Of a DNA stretch of 64,000 nucleotides, positions 49,014-59,433 are shown piece by piece. Made by a program: the position numbers and the translations under genes. The notes under the pieces were generated by a model. The model had not been told where the DNA came from. It did no database searches and saw nothing but the letters and a program-made list of their open reading frames with translations. The stretch covers positions 193,491-257,490 of the forward strand of contig CATLHM010000001.1 in assembly GCA_949949005.1 (NCBI GenBank), in the 5' to 3' direction. Origin of the DNA: an uncultured Lachnospiraceae bacterium (GTDB taxonomy: Bacteria > Bacillota > Clostridia > Lachnospirales > Lachnospiraceae). How positions within the stretch are numbered: position 1 is the stretch's first letter; every line of letters starts with the position of its first letter.

Positions 49014-49910
49014 ATGAAAGGGACGATAGGACAGATTTTGCCTTTATGGGGAATTGAGAACGCACAATTATCACAAATATATCCTACAGCATGGGAAGTC
49101 AGTCATTCTCATGTGATAAAAGTGTATGATGACAAAAAGCAAATGGAAAGGAACCTTAAAATATCGGAAATATTATCGGATTGCAATATTCCGGTGGCGA
49201 AAACGGTTCTCACAAAGGAGAGGGAAAAATATGTCGTATATCAAAACCGTTATTTTGTTATGTCAGAAAAATTACAGGGGAGCAATATTTCCGATCCAAA
49301 AGACAAGACCATTGCATGGAAGATGGGCGCTGCAATTGCACAGCTCCATATGGCATTTATTCAATGTGAAAGAGAAGTGGACTTTTGGGATAACAGCCTT
49401 TTAAAAGAAATGAAGGGATGGATACGCGAAAACCTGGCAGAAGGTGAGTGGGAGATAGTAAGCAAAGAGGAATACGCAAGAGCAGTGGATTTGCTGGAAA
49501 GCGTATATCCTTATCTGCCGAACCGATTAATCCACAGAGATGTACATTTTGGGAATTTCCTGTTCTTTGAAGGTGACCTGTCAGGATATATTGATTTTGA
49601 TTTGAGCCAGAGAAATATAAGGATATTCGATCTCTGCTATTTTTTGACGGGATTATTGGCGGAGGAAACGGACGACGTCTTTACAAAATCGGAATGGATG
49701 GAAAACGTAAAGGCAGTTATCGCAGGCTATGAGAGTATGATTCCTCTTTCCGAAAAAGAAAAAATTGCAATCCCATGGGTGATGGAGTGTATAGAAATTT
49801 TATTTGTGGCGTATTTCATGGGTATGAAAGACCGCAAACACGCCAATGACGCCTGCCATGTGTTTCATTTTATTCAAAATTGCGAAAATGACATCGCAAA
49901 TAGTTTTTGA
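49014..49910 (+). CDS. APH / homoserine-kinase-type-II phosphotransferase
   Basis: IHRDVHFGN; YIDFD. Confidence 0.85.
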   Translation: MKGTIGQILPLWGIENAQLSQIYPTAWEVSHSHVIKVYDDKKQMERNLKISEILSDCNIPVAKTVLTKEREKYVVYQNRYFVMSEKLQGSNISDPKDKTIAWKMGAAIAQLHMAFIQCEREVDFWDNSLLKEMKGWIRENLAEGEWEIVSKEEYARAVDLLESVYPYLPNRLIHRDVHFGNFLFFEGDLSGYIDFDLSQRNIRIFDLCYFLTGLLAEETDDVFTKSEWMENVKAVIAGYESMIPLSEKEKIAIPWVMECIEILFVAYFMGMKDRKHANDACHVFHFIQNCENDIANSF

Positions 49911-50065
49911 TAGACATTGCTTTTTTACATGTGATATACTTTTATTTATGGTGGTGCCAGGTGCGCGGGCATGGGGGTTTTAGAGAAAATGGCTTTGCAG
50001 CTTGAGGGCTCCCTGATAAAATAAAATGCTGCTGCAATATAAATCAGATTCACAGGAGAGAAAAC

Positions 50066-50518
50066 ATGAGTGAGTATACTTATATCGTCTTAAGAGAAAA
50101 ACCGCAATTAAAAGAGAGGGCCGCCGCCTGGTTTCATAGTAAATGGGGGGTGCCGCAGGAAGCTTATCTGGAATGTATGGAAGCCTATCTGAATGGTGAA
50201 ACCGAGTATGGGTGGTACTTATGTCTGGATGGGGATAAAATAATTGGAGGGCTGGGAGTAATTGAAAATGATTTCCACGATAGAAAAGACCTGACTCCCA
50301 ACGTCTGTGCGGTTTACACAGAAAAGGAATATCGCTGCAGGAAAATTGCAGGCCGCCTGCTCGATATGGTTGTGAACGATTTGAAATCTAAGGGTATAAC
50401 GCCAATCTATTTGCTTACCGACCACACGAACTTTTATGAAAGATATGGATGGGAGTTTTTTTGTATGGTTCAGGGGGATGACGAACCTGATCTGTCAAGG
50501 ATGTACATCCATAGATAA
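50066..50518 (+). CDS. GNAT acetyltransferase
   Basis: VYTEKEYRCRKIAG; FYERYGW. Confidence 0.88.
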   Translation: MSEYTYIVLREKPQLKERAAAWFHSKWGVPQEAYLECMEAYLNGETEYGWYLCLDGDKIIGGLGVIENDFHDRKDLTPNVCAVYTEKEYRCRKIAGRLLDMVVNDLKSKGITPIYLLTDHTNFYERYGWEFFCMVQGDDEPDLSRMYIHR

Positions 50519-50538
50519 ATTTCAGTTTTTGTCGTTCA

Positions 50539-50952
50539 CTATAACCGTTTGATGTAATAATACCGGGCCCCTGTATAGGGATAATTAAATAATTTGAACA
50601 CCTGTTCATACCCATGTTTTACATAGAAGCCCGGAGCTTGGAAATCAAAGGTATCCACAAATACATATTTTGCTCCATGTAACACGGCTTCCTTTTCTGC
50701 TGCCTCCAGAAGTTCGCCACCCAATCCTTGCCCTCTCAGCTCTTCGCTAACCCACAAGTATTCAATGCATAACCAATTTCCGAATAGCTCACCAGTCAGG
50801 CCGGCTTTTTTTTCTCCCTCTATTTCCTCATAAAAAATTCCCAGGGGGATACTTTCGGAAGCTTCTCTTTTTAGACGATTATATTTCTTTAATTGGCTGT
50901 GAATTTCTTCCACATCCTGTTTGCTGACGTTCGCTATAATTTTAAACTTCAT
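50539..50952 (-). CDS. GNAT acetyltransferase
   Basis: LWVSEELRGQGLG; APGFYVKHGY. Confidence 0.9.
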   Translation of the reverse strand: MKFKIIANVSKQDVEEIHSQLKKYNRLKREASESIPLGIFYEEIEGEKKAGLTGELFGNWLCIEYLWVSEELRGQGLGGELLEAAEKEAVLHGAKYVFVDTFDFQAPGFYVKHGYEQVFKLFNYPYTGARYYYIKRL

Positions 50953-50990
50953 CCATGCCTTTCCGCAGTGTTGCCTTAATAGATTTGTTT

Positions 50991-51452
50991 TTATACTTTT
51001 TCCGTTACAGGAACCCAGATTTCACTCACATAATCACAGGAGGTATTATCACCCGGCAAATAGTTTTCAATATCATAATCAGGGATCCGTTCATAATCTG
51101 CCCCCGGAAGCCATTCCCGGCCAATATCTTCCCACGTTTTTTGGATAGCCTTTGGCGTGGGCCCCACGCATTTAAAAATAGCCCATGTATAGGCGGGAAC
51201 ATTGATGATTTGAAATCCTTCCGGAATTTCTTTCACATCGTCGGCATCGCATCCGATTCCGTACATAAATTCTCCCGCACCCTCCTTTTCCTGGGCGCAG
51301 ATACCCAAGTAGCCCGGAGCCTTTTTGTATACTTCATTTTGATAGTACTCGTCCCAAAATGCGGGAATCCCTTTTTCGCCGCTCTCTTCCGTGAACATTT
51401 TAGCATACACAAGCAGCCTGAATTCTTCTTTTTTTTCAATCCGATAATCCAT
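50991..51452 (-). CDS. GyrI-like effector-binding domain, derived from a truncated Rob-type AraC gene
   Basis: WAIFKCVGP; EWLPGADYE; EIWVPV; in-frame upstream linker KISLEGGTIM. Confidence 0.8.
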   Translation of the reverse strand: MDYRIEKKEEFRLLVYAKMFTEESGEKGIPAFWDEYYQNEVYKKAPGYLGICAQEKEGAGEFMYGIGCDADDVKEIPEGFQIINVPAYTWAIFKCVGPTPKAIQKTWEDIGREWLPGADYERIPDYDIENYLPGDNTSCDYVSEIWVPVTEKV

Positions 51453-51547
51453 GATCGTACCGCCCTCCAGAGATATTTTGATAGGAATGCCAAATTACTG
51501 ATTATATGGTATAATAAAACCGATCTGTTTTCAATAAAAAAGAGGAA

Positions 51548-52033
51548 ATGAAAGATGAAAATGCGATGGAAAAAAGAGTGTCGGAATCCAGAATAGAGCA
51601 GGTATATCAGGTGCGGCCGGAGCATTTAAACGGCGCCGAAAGGCTCTTCGGCGGGAAATTAATGGAGTGGATTGACGAGCTGGCGGGGCTTGTGGGAATC
51701 CGGCATGCCCAGCAGGATGTGATAACGGCTTCCGTAGATAACCTGAGATTTATCCGGGGAGCTTATTTGAAGGACATGATCGTGCTGATCGGAAGAGTGA
51801 CGTTTGTGGGAAGGACTTCTATGGAAGTGCGGGTAGATACTTATATAGAAAGTATGGATGGAATCAGAAAGCCCATAAACAGAGCCTATTTAACGCTGGT
51901 TGCCGTAGATGGAAATGGAAAGCCCGTGGAGGTACCGGGGCTTATTCTTGAGACAGAGGCGGAAAGGGCTGAGTGGGAGGCCGGAATAAAGAGACGGGAG
52001 ATGCGTAAACAGCGAAGGGAGGAGGGCTTTTGA
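51548..52033 (+). CDS. Hot-dog acyl-CoA thioesterase
   Basis: HLNGAERLFGGKLMEWID; VGRTSMEV. Confidence 0.9.
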   Translation: MKDENAMEKRVSESRIEQVYQVRPEHLNGAERLFGGKLMEWIDELAGLVGIRHAQQDVITASVDNLRFIRGAYLKDMIVLIGRVTFVGRTSMEVRVDTYIESMDGIRKPINRAYLTLVAVDGNGKPVEVPGLILETEAERAEWEAGIKRREMRKQRREEGF

Positions 52034-52160
52034 AAAACGGGAGGATGCCTTTCCTATCAGGGGCAGATTCGGTGAATATGGATGTGGTATTTGGAGCCAA
52101 AGAGAAGCTTTGGGTCTTTGGGGGCAAATGTATTTTGGACTGGATGAGGAGGTAAAACAG

Positions 52161-52661
52161 ATGGCAGTAAAAATTTTAGAGGTAAAGAGGGAGTATTGTC
52201 CGGCAGCCAGACTGATTGGCAAGAAATATGAAAGCGGCGCAAATTGGGGAGAATGGTGGGAAAATAACTGGTTTTCAGTTTTGGAGGAGAGCCAGCGCCT
52301 TCCCTTTAACGGAGACGCTTATATTGGAGCGGTACATATAGTGGATGGTATGCCTGAACGCTGGATTGGCATGTTCTTTCCGGTGGGTACGCAGGTTCCG
52401 GAAGGGTTTGAATTTATTGATATAGAGCCCTTGGATTATGCCGTATGCTATTTGTATGATAAAGAAAGCAGCGACGAATTTTATACGATAGACACCCACA
52501 ATATGTGTCTGGAAGAGCTGAAAACACATGGGTTGAAACGAAAAGAAGATGATTGGTGCTTTGAAAGATATAATTGTCCAAGATTTACGACGCCGGATGA
52601 GAAGGGAAATGTAATTTTGGATTATGGGATTTCAATTTGTCAGGGAAAGGAAACGTCATGA
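52161..52661 (+). CDS. GyrI-like hypothetical protein
   Basis: AGGAGG RBS; WIGMFFP; FERYNCPRFTTPDEKGNVILDY. Confidence 0.65.
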   Translation: MAVKILEVKREYCPAARLIGKKYESGANWGEWWENNWFSVLEESQRLPFNGDAYIGAVHIVDGMPERWIGMFFPVGTQVPEGFEFIDIEPLDYAVCYLYDKESSDEFYTIDTHNMCLEELKTHGLKRKEDDWCFERYNCPRFTTPDEKGNVILDYGISICQGKETS

Positions 52662-53347
52662 ATTTTATAAATACATTGGAAGATTTATATGATATGCTTG
52701 ACCTCTATATACAAGGGGTAGACTGGGACTGCTTTTATATGGAAAGAAATAAGCCTGCGCCCTTTTTGAAATATAATAAATCGCCAGATAAGTGTGTGGT
52801 CGATTTTCTGAAAGGGCACAGCATACGAAATGCCTGTGAGTTTGGCTGCGGAGAAGGGAGAAATGCAATCTATCTGGCCTGCAATAATGTTGCGGTTAAA
52901 GCTTGCGATTTATCAGAGGTTGCCATAGAGAATGCAAAACGAAATGCACAGGAGAGTAAGGCAGGAAAGGTGACTTTTGAGGCAGGGAACCTGTTTGCGC
53001 TGGACTTAAAGGACGAAAAGTACGAGCTGGTGATAGACAGCGGTGTTTTCCATCATTTGCCGCCCCACAGGCGGTTGCAGTACAGAGAGATTGTATCAGA
53101 CATACTGGAAGAAAAGGGGTATTTTATTCTGGTGTGCTTTTCCGCTGACGGAGGCGGCGCGGAGGAAGTTGACGATTATGATTTTTATAAAAGCAAACAA
53201 ACGGGAGCCGCGTTTACCGAAGAAAAACTGCGGAGGTTTTGGGGAGAGGGATTTGAGATTATAGAGATACGGAAAGGGGAAGATATTGCGCAGCCCCAGA
53301 TGTGGGAGAGCAGCTATACATATATCTGCCTGCTTAGAAAAGCGTAA
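52658..53347 (+). CDS. Class I SAM-dependent methyltransferase
   Basis: EFGCGEGRNA; DSGVFHH. Confidence 0.88.
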   Translation: MNFINTLEDLYDMLDLYIQGVDWDCFYMERNKPAPFLKYNKSPDKCVVDFLKGHSIRNACEFGCGEGRNAIYLACNNVAVKACDLSEVAIENAKRNAQESKAGKVTFEAGNLFALDLKDEKYELVIDSGVFHHLPPHRRLQYREIVSDILEEKGYFILVCFSADGGGAEEVDDYDFYKSKQTGAAFTEEKLRRFWGEGFEIIEIRKGEDIAQPQMWESSYTYICLLRKA

Positions 53348-53368
53348 AAATATAGGTGTTGATGAATG

Positions 53369-53424
53369 TTGACATATGGCCTACAAAGTGTTATCTTATA
53401 AATAGATAACACTTTGTAGGCCAT
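53369..53424 (+). promoter_or_regulatory. BlaI/MecI-type double operator overlapping a promoter
   Basis: TTGACA at 53369 and TATCTT at 53392; 21-bp perfect inverted repeat at 53376-53424 with CTACAAAGTGTTA half-sites. Confidence 0.8.
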
Positions 53425-53591
53425 GTTTTTGACAGGCACAGCCCAAACTGACAGACGCAGCGTTTGTGGGTAAACTCTCAAACGTTCTATTGGCGTCGGT
53501 ATCGCAGGCTTTGTCTGCGATATGTAGGGGAAAAGTAAAAACATGGAGAAAAGAAAGAAAACATGGAGAAAAGAAAGGCAGGGACAGGAGG

Positions 53592-53975
53592 ATGATACAA
53601 CAGGTTTCAGATTCGGAGCTTAAGCTGATGAAAATCATATGGGATAACGGGGGAAGCGCTTTTTATGCGTATATTATGGAGGAGCTGATAAAGGCGGGCT
53701 GTTCTTGGCAGAAAAATACCGTGATCACTCTGTTGTCCCGGTTGGTGGAAAAGGGGCTGTTAAAGACAAATAAGATGGGCCGTCGCAATGAATACACGGC
53801 CATGGTCTCGGAGGAGGATTATCAGGCGGCCCAGACCCGGACGTTTCTCAACAAGCTTTATGAGGGAAGCGCAAAGGGGTTGGTGGCAACGCTGATACAA
53901 AGAGAAATGCTCTCGGCAGAGGATTATGAGGAGCTGAGGCGGTTTTGGGAGAGCGGGGAGTCAGGTAATGAATGA
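53592..53975 (+). CDS. BlaI/MecI/CopY repressor
   Basis: SDSELKLMKIIW; TVITLLSRLVEKG. Confidence 0.92.
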   Translation: MIQQVSDSELKLMKIIWDNGGSAFYAYIMEELIKAGCSWQKNTVITLLSRLVEKGLLKTNKMGRRNEYTAMVSEEDYQAAQTRTFLNKLYEGSAKGLVATLIQREMLSAEDYEELRRFWESGESGNE

Positions 53976-56490
53976 AATTATGATACTCTTTTTTTCCATG
54001 TCGGTGTCCGGTTCCCTGCTGATATTGATTCTGCTGCTGGGACGGCCTTTGTATCAAAACAGGTTCAGCAAAAGTTGGCAGTATTATATCTGGCTGGTAG
54101 TGATTGCCCGCCTGCTTTTGCCCTTTACGACGGAGGTAGGCCCTGTGGGAGCTTTATTTGGGCAGGCGGAGGAAAGGCTTTTTAAAAAGATAGCAACAGC
54201 AGATTTGGAAAGGGAAGAGAAAGGAAATTCACCGCTGGCTTTTGTGCTGGGAGATTACAGTGATCTGACTATGGATTCGGGAGCCGGGAGCCTTGGCGGC
54301 GCAGGAACGGATAGGGGGACTCAGGCCGGGGAGGAACTGGAGGATGGAGGGATTTGGAAGAGGATTGGCATACTTGCCGCAGAAATCCGGGCCGGTTTCT
54401 GGCTGATCTGGCTGGGTGGGGCATTTCTACTTTTTGTGAGGAAGGTTACCGCTTATCAGAGCTTTGTAACATATATAAAGGCCGGGCGGAAAGAAGTGTC
54501 GGACATTGAGCTGCTGGAGAGGCTCTCACAGGCCGGGGAAGAGCTGAGGGTAAAAGGGGGTGTGGAGCTTTGTACCAGCGGTTTGGTTCCATCGCCGTTG
54601 CTTTTTGGATTTTTTCACCCTTGCATCGTGCTTCCGGATGCGGATTTATCCAAGACGGACTTCGGGTACATTATCAGGCACGAGCTGATTCATTATAAGC
54701 GAGGGGATATGTTTTACAAATGGCTGGTACAGGCAGCGCTTTGCCTGCACTGGTTTAATCCGCTGGTCTACCGGATGGAACGGGAAATCCGCCGGGCCTG
54801 TGAGCTTGCCTGCGATGAGGCGGTAGTCGGGATGCTGGATCAGAGGCAGCGGCGCGGGTATGGCGATACCCTGCTCCACGCTATGGAGATGGGGGGAGGC
54901 TTTAAAGATTCCCCCGGCGCTCTTACACTAAACGAAGGTGCAGCGCTGTTGAAGGAAAGGTTAGGTGCGATTATGGGATTTAAGAAAATTTCAAAAAGGA
55001 TGAGAGGGTGCTCCCTGCTTCTTGCATTGCTGTTTGCCGCAGGGGCGGTTGGAATGGGGGCTTATGCTGCCCCTGCCGGTGCAGGGGAGATTTCGCCGGC
55101 TTCTACAGGGGATGTTTTGGCGGTTGTAAAGGGGGAGCCGGATGCTGTCTTCCGTTATACCCAGAAAGGTTATTACGAAGCATCCTATCTGTTTGAGGTT
55201 GGATGGAACGTAAATGAAAACGCGGAGGGTATTTATCCAAGCAGGGAGCTGGATTTTGGGGATGAGAGCGGGATGGAGGTTTTTTATACAGACGAGTGCA
55301 TTGGTATTTGGGAGGACGAAGTGGCTGTGAATGCCCTTGCAGCTCTGCTTGCCCGACTGAAGAGTGATAGTGCCGGGACGGATTTTCCGCTGATACGTCC
55401 ATTGGTGGTCAGTGTGCAGAACTTTGGAAATGTGGAGCCTTTGGCATTGGCCAGGCAGTATTATGAGGATGGAAATATTTCGGGATATGCGGCAGTTTTT
55501 GCATTACTCGCCCGGGAGCAGCAAAACGTCCTGTTGCAGAGAACCTACGAGGACAGTGGTATTACCTTTTTTTCCGCTGCGCTTAGCCAATTGGAAGAGG
55601 ATGGCAGGTTGATAGAAAGCTTTGCGCAACAAGCTTATGAGGATGACAGAATTTCCTTTTTTTCTGTTTTGGCAGATTATATGGATCGAAAGACTTTGAA
55701 GGATTGGCTGTCTAAAGCCACCGCAGATGAAAAAAGAAACTTTCAGGTCATGCTGTTTGACAGGTTGGGAATGGATGCGGAGAAAGAGACTATGGAACAG
55801 GAGCTGGATGAGCGGCGGATGGAGGAATACGGGGGTTATGGGATTACCCGGGAGGGAGCGGCATATTTTTATCAGGGAGAAGTAGTGAGGATCCTGATGG
55901 ATACAAGGCAGGATGGCTCTTTCCTATTTTTAGAGCAGAATCCCAAAGGGACGGTGGATATTCGGATTATCAGAGATCAAAAGGGTATAATTGAGAATGT
56001 GAGGTATCTCACAGAAGCAGAGAGAAAAGAGCTGTTCGGAGATGGAGAGAAATCGGGTGAAGAGGAATCGAATGAAGAGGAAACGAATAGAGGGGAAGCG
56101 GATGGAAAGGAATTGGATGAAGAGGAACCGGGTGGCAAGATAAAGGAAGGAGATATGGCGGAAAGTGCGGGAGTCAGCCGCCTGAAAACAGAAAACCTTC
56201 CAAAGAGCGTAAAAGAAGCTATATCAGGCTGTGAGGGCGAAACCTGGTATGTGATCTATGACGGCGGGCAGCAGTATATTTTTTATGACGGGTTTGCCTG
56301 GGAATATGCCTATGAGCCAGTACGGCTGACCCAGGGGTGGCGGCTTCGGATCGAGCTGCTGCGCAAAAAGGACGGCGGCTGTCTTTTGCTCAGGCTTGGG
56401 GATGAAGCACCTGTTACTATTACCTGCGATGGGGAAGAGGTGGTGCCAAAGATAGTGGGGGCGCCATTGGAAGCCCCGATAATTGAATAG
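53968..56490 (+). CDS. BlaR1-like M56 metallopeptidase sensor with a non-PBP extracellular domain
   Basis: HELIH zinc motif; HWFNPLVY; CELACDE; LKERL; TM helix then a long C-terminal domain. Confidence 0.88.
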   Translation: MNEIMILFFSMSVSGSLLILILLLGRPLYQNRFSKSWQYYIWLVVIARLLLPFTTEVGPVGALFGQAEERLFKKIATADLEREEKGNSPLAFVLGDYSDLTMDSGAGSLGGAGTDRGTQAGEELEDGGIWKRIGILAAEIRAGFWLIWLGGAFLLFVRKVTAYQSFVTYIKAGRKEVSDIELLERLSQAGEELRVKGGVELCTSGLVPSPLLFGFFHPCIVLPDADLSKTDFGYIIRHELIHYKRGDMFYKWLVQAALCLHWFNPLVYRMEREIRRACELACDEAVVGMLDQRQRRGYGDTLLHAMEMGGGFKDSPGALTLNEGAALLKERLGAIMGFKKISKRMRGCSLLLALLFAAGAVGMGAYAAPAGAGEISPASTGDVLAVVKGEPDAVFRYTQKGYYEASYLFEVGWNVNENAEGIYPSRELDFGDESGMEVFYTDECIGIWEDEVAVNALAALLARLKSDSAGTDFPLIRPLVVSVQNFGNVEPLALARQYYEDGNISGYAAVFALLAREQQNVLLQRTYEDSGITFFSAALSQLEEDGRLIESFAQQAYEDDRISFFSVLADYMDRKTLKDWLSKATADEKRNFQVMLFDRLGMDAEKETMEQELDERRMEEYGGYGITREGAAYFYQGEVVRILMDTRQDGSFLFLEQNPKGTVDIRIIRDQKGIIENVRYLTEAERKELFGDGEKSGEEESNEEETNRGEADGKELDEEEPGGKIKEGDMAESAGVSRLKTENLPKSVKEAISGCEGETWYVIYDGGQQYIFYDGFAWEYAYEPVRLTQGWRLRIELLRKKDGGCLLLRLGDEAPVTITCDGEEVVPKIVGAPLEAPIIE

Positions 56491-56565
56491 ACTTTGCACA
56501 TTGTCCGTGATATACTTACGTTGTAGCAATCAGTACAATTAACAACGCAGAAAGCAGGTGATTAT

Positions 56566-56757
56566 ATGCCATCTGGTATTGCGGTAACAAAACAGGCACT
56601 TGATGATTTTGCTAAAGTTCAAAGACATATGTTAATAGCGAGAGAAGAAGGAGCAACAAAAACATATGCAAGCCTTAAAAAAGAGTATTTGGCAGTTAAG
56701 GCATTGTTGAATATTTCCGGTGTGAATTTGACAGATATCGACGAAATCAAAGAGTAA
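56566..56757 (+). CDS. Small hypothetical protein, 63 aa
   Basis: AGGTG RBS; own upstream promoter-like sequence and terminator. Confidence 0.75.
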   Translation: MPSGIAVTKQALDDFAKVQRHMLIAREEGATKTYASLKKEYLAVKALLNISGVNLTDIDEIKE

Positions 56758-56775
56758 ATAAGAAATGATGAATAG

Positions 56776-56811
56776 AAAAGCCTGGAGGCCTGACACGCTT
56801 CCGGGCTTTTT
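56776..56811 (+). terminator. Terminator, identical 36-bp copy at 61816-61851
   Basis: AAAAGCCTGGAGGCCTGACACGCTTCCGGGCTTTTT. Confidence 0.8.
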
Positions 56812-56963
56812 TATTAGCATAAGGATGCCTGGCGAAGCCAGGCATCCGCTATTTTATTGAAGGGATTGTCATAGGCATACCCCAAAATATATTTTATCTG
56901 GTGGAAAACTCCGAGGTTCCGTGCTAGACTATGAGTCATAAGCTGGAAACAGGAGGATTTGAA

Positions 56964-57407
56964 ATGAACATACGAAAAGCAACCATTCAGGATCTGTCCA
57001 GGATTGCGGAAATTCTGGTTTTTGTAAAAAGGATGAACTACCGCCGAATCTTTCAGGATGACGCGGTTTCTTTCGGTGTGCTGCAGGTGCTCTCGGTGGC
57101 GGAGGAATGTGCGGCCCCTGAGATTTTAGGCCATATATGGGTCTACGATGACGGATTTGTAAAAGGGCTGATTCATATAGAAGGAAAGCAGATCAGGGAG
57201 CTGTATGTGGATTCTTTCTTTGAGAATCAGGGGATAGGGGCAGAGCTGATAGAGTTTGCAAAAAGAGAGTTTGAGGCCGCAAGTTTGTGGGTGCTTGAAA
57301 AAAACACCGGCGCCATCCGCTTTTATGAAGCCCATGGATTTCGCCTGACCGACACAAGGAAACTGGAGGAGGGCACTGCCGAATATATCGTGATGATGGA
57401 GAGGTGA
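56964..57407 (+). CDS. GNAT acetyltransferase
   Basis: LYVDSFFENQGIG; AIRFYEAHGF. Confidence 0.9.
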   Translation: MNIRKATIQDLSRIAEILVFVKRMNYRRIFQDDAVSFGVLQVLSVAEECAAPEILGHIWVYDDGFVKGLIHIEGKQIRELYVDSFFENQGIGAELIEFAKREFEAASLWVLEKNTGAIRFYEAHGFRLTDTRKLEEGTAEYIVMMER

Positions 57408-57467
57408 TGCAAAGTAACTCTTTAGTTCATCGTATTATCATGATATAATATACGTAAGAAAGGATGT

Positions 57468-58025
57468 GTGGATATGGCATTAGCGGCAGGTGAACATTGG
57501 AGAGACGAGAAAATGGATGGCGTAATTTATGACATGTCTCCGGCGCTAGGGTATCAACATGGGATCATTAATAACAATATTAATACAATAATAAAGCAAG
57601 GCCTGAAAAACAGTCTTTGTCTGGTTTTTATGGAGAATCTTGATTTTAAATATCACCCTGACATAAACGATGATTATCTTTGCCCTGACATTATGGTGAT
57701 TTGTGACCGGAAGCATTTAAAGGGAGGAGCCTACAGCGGTGTACCGAAATTGATCGTTGAGACATTAAGTCCTTCTACGGCCAAGAAAGACAGGTCGGAG
57801 AAGATGGAAATTTATGAAGCGGCTGGTGTGGAGGAATACTGGATCGTCTCTCCCCGTGGGTCTGTGGAAATATATTATCTTGAAAATGGTAAATACATTT
57901 TAGAGCAATCTTATATACTGCAGGAAGACAAAGAGGATGACGATTATAATGCAGAGAGTGAAATAAGCCTCAGGGCATTTCCCCACATCAGGATGACGCT
58001 TGGGGAAATATTCGAGGGGTTATAA
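57468..58025 (+). CDS. Uma2-family endonuclease
   Basis: PDIMVICD; IVETLSPST; YEAAGVEEYWIV. Confidence 0.9.
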   Translation: MDMALAAGEHWRDEKMDGVIYDMSPALGYQHGIINNNINTIIKQGLKNSLCLVFMENLDFKYHPDINDDYLCPDIMVICDRKHLKGGAYSGVPKLIVETLSPSTAKKDRSEKMEIYEAAGVEEYWIVSPRGSVEIYYLENGKYILEQSYILQEDKEDDDYNAESEISLRAFPHIRMTLGEIFEGL

Positions 58026-58520
58026 AATGGCGGACTCAAAACGGCTTATAAATTCCATAATCCGGTCAGACGCCAGTTCGTGGGCGTCCATTGCAAGGAG
58101 GGTATTTCGGTCTACCCATTTATAATCAGCGGTTTCCCCATCCTGAAGGGTAATTGAATCCTTACGGCAATCCGTGACACACAGATATTCGACATAAAGG
58201 GAATGATGGGTGTCATGCACCACCCGTCCTATTTCCTGTAAATTTGCGGCTGCCACTCCCGTTTCTTCCTTTAATTCCCGGACGGCGCAGTCTAAAGGCT
58301 CTTCCCCCAGAAGCGCAGAGCCACCGGCGGTCAATTCCCACATCCCGCCGAGGTGTTTGCGGAAGTCTCTTTGCATGAGCAGATAGCTTCCGTCTGTGTG
58401 CTTTACCACAATGTCGCAAACCAGGTGATATACCCCTTCCGGGAGAGGCTCCCCTCTTACCAGTGTCATGTCTTTTATCTTGTTGAAGGTATTGTCATAG
58501 GCATCCCATAGCTCCGTCAT
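58020..58520 (-). CDS. NUDIX hydrolase
   Basis: GGSALLGEEPLDCAVRELKEETG. Confidence 0.92.
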   Translation of the reverse strand: MTELWDAYDNTFNKIKDMTLVRGEPLPEGVYHLVCDIVVKHTDGSYLLMQRDFRKHLGGMWELTAGGSALLGEEPLDCAVRELKEETGVAAANLQEIGRVVHDTHHSLYVEYLCVTDCRKDSITLQDGETADYKWVDRNTLLAMDAHELASDRIMEFISRFESAIL

Positions 58521-58601
58521 GAGGCGCCTCCTTTTGAAGAATGAAAAACGGCATCGGTTTTTTCATTTAATATTATGACCCTTTCCCGAGGTAACAGAAC
58601 T

Positions 58602-59189
58602 TTATCTATAAAACGCAATATAACCGGCTTCTTTTGGGTGGTCAGCAATTAGAACATCCCTTTCTTTTAGCACATTACATGCAATAATTAAATCAGCTCC
58701 TGCGGAAATAAAATTAACAATCATAGTAAGAAAAGACACCGTACCCGGATAGATAAATAGAAAAGCTACGCTTCCCAAACCTAATACTACAAAAGGGGTT
58801 AAAACGCCGAATAAATATGCTTTCTTTTCTAATGCCGCTTTGCAGGCGCAGCTTGGCATCATTGCGTTAATATTAAAGCGAACTACATTCCAGCCTTTAC
58901 CACTTGCAACCGCCCAGCCTACACCATGTAATAATTCATGTAAAATAACCGAAATTGCAATAATCGCTATAAACAGGATATAAAACGAAAGACCGCTTAC
59001 CTCTAACAAATATGCTCTTTCAACCAGCAAAAAGCGATACAACAGGCCAAAAACGATTACAAATGGAAGTGCATATAAAACACCTGAAAACATTGCCCTT
59101 CCGGAAGTAATAGTAACATCTTTTTCATGATAACCCTGTTCATGTAATTGTGCTTTCATTTTTTCAAAATTTTCACTGTGCTTATCCAT
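58602..59189 (-). CDS. DUF3267-type membrane zincin-like protein
   Basis: HELLHG motif between TM helices; AGADL; DHP. Confidence 0.75.
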   Translation of the reverse strand: MDKHSENFEKMKAQLHEQGYHEKDVTITSGRAMFSGVLYALPFVIVFGLLYRFLLVERAYLLEVSGLSFYILFIAIIAISVILHELLHGVGWAVASGKGWNVVRFNINAMMPSCACKAALEKKAYLFGVLTPFVVLGLGSVAFLFIYPGTVSFLTMIVNFISAGADLIIACNVLKERDVLIADHPKEAGYIAFYR

Positions 59190-59433
59190 TGGATTTCTCC
59201 GCTTTTTTTATTCTTTTTGTTGCCTTTACTGTTATTTCGTGAATCTGAGTATAACATATTTCATACATTTTGTCGAATAAAGATTTTGGCTCTTTGGTTC
59301 GGAATAGTGTATGTTCCTTTCTTGAAGGATGCAAGTGAGAAAATCCCACTTTATATGGTGGTAAACTCCGTGATTCCGTGTTAGACTGGAAGTTACAGCG
59401 GTCTTTAAGAACCGATTATGAAGGAGGAAAGAG

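Noticed and set aside
47202-49910. Beta-lactamase-like and APH-like genes as antibiotic-resistance determinants
   Set aside because: Only fold-level motifs; no signal peptide on the hydrolase; substrate cannot be inferred
50516-50540. AAATTTCAGTTTTTGTCG and CGACAAATT (39484) as possible cassette recombination sites
   Set aside because: Only two weak, dissimilar instances; not found at other gene boundaries
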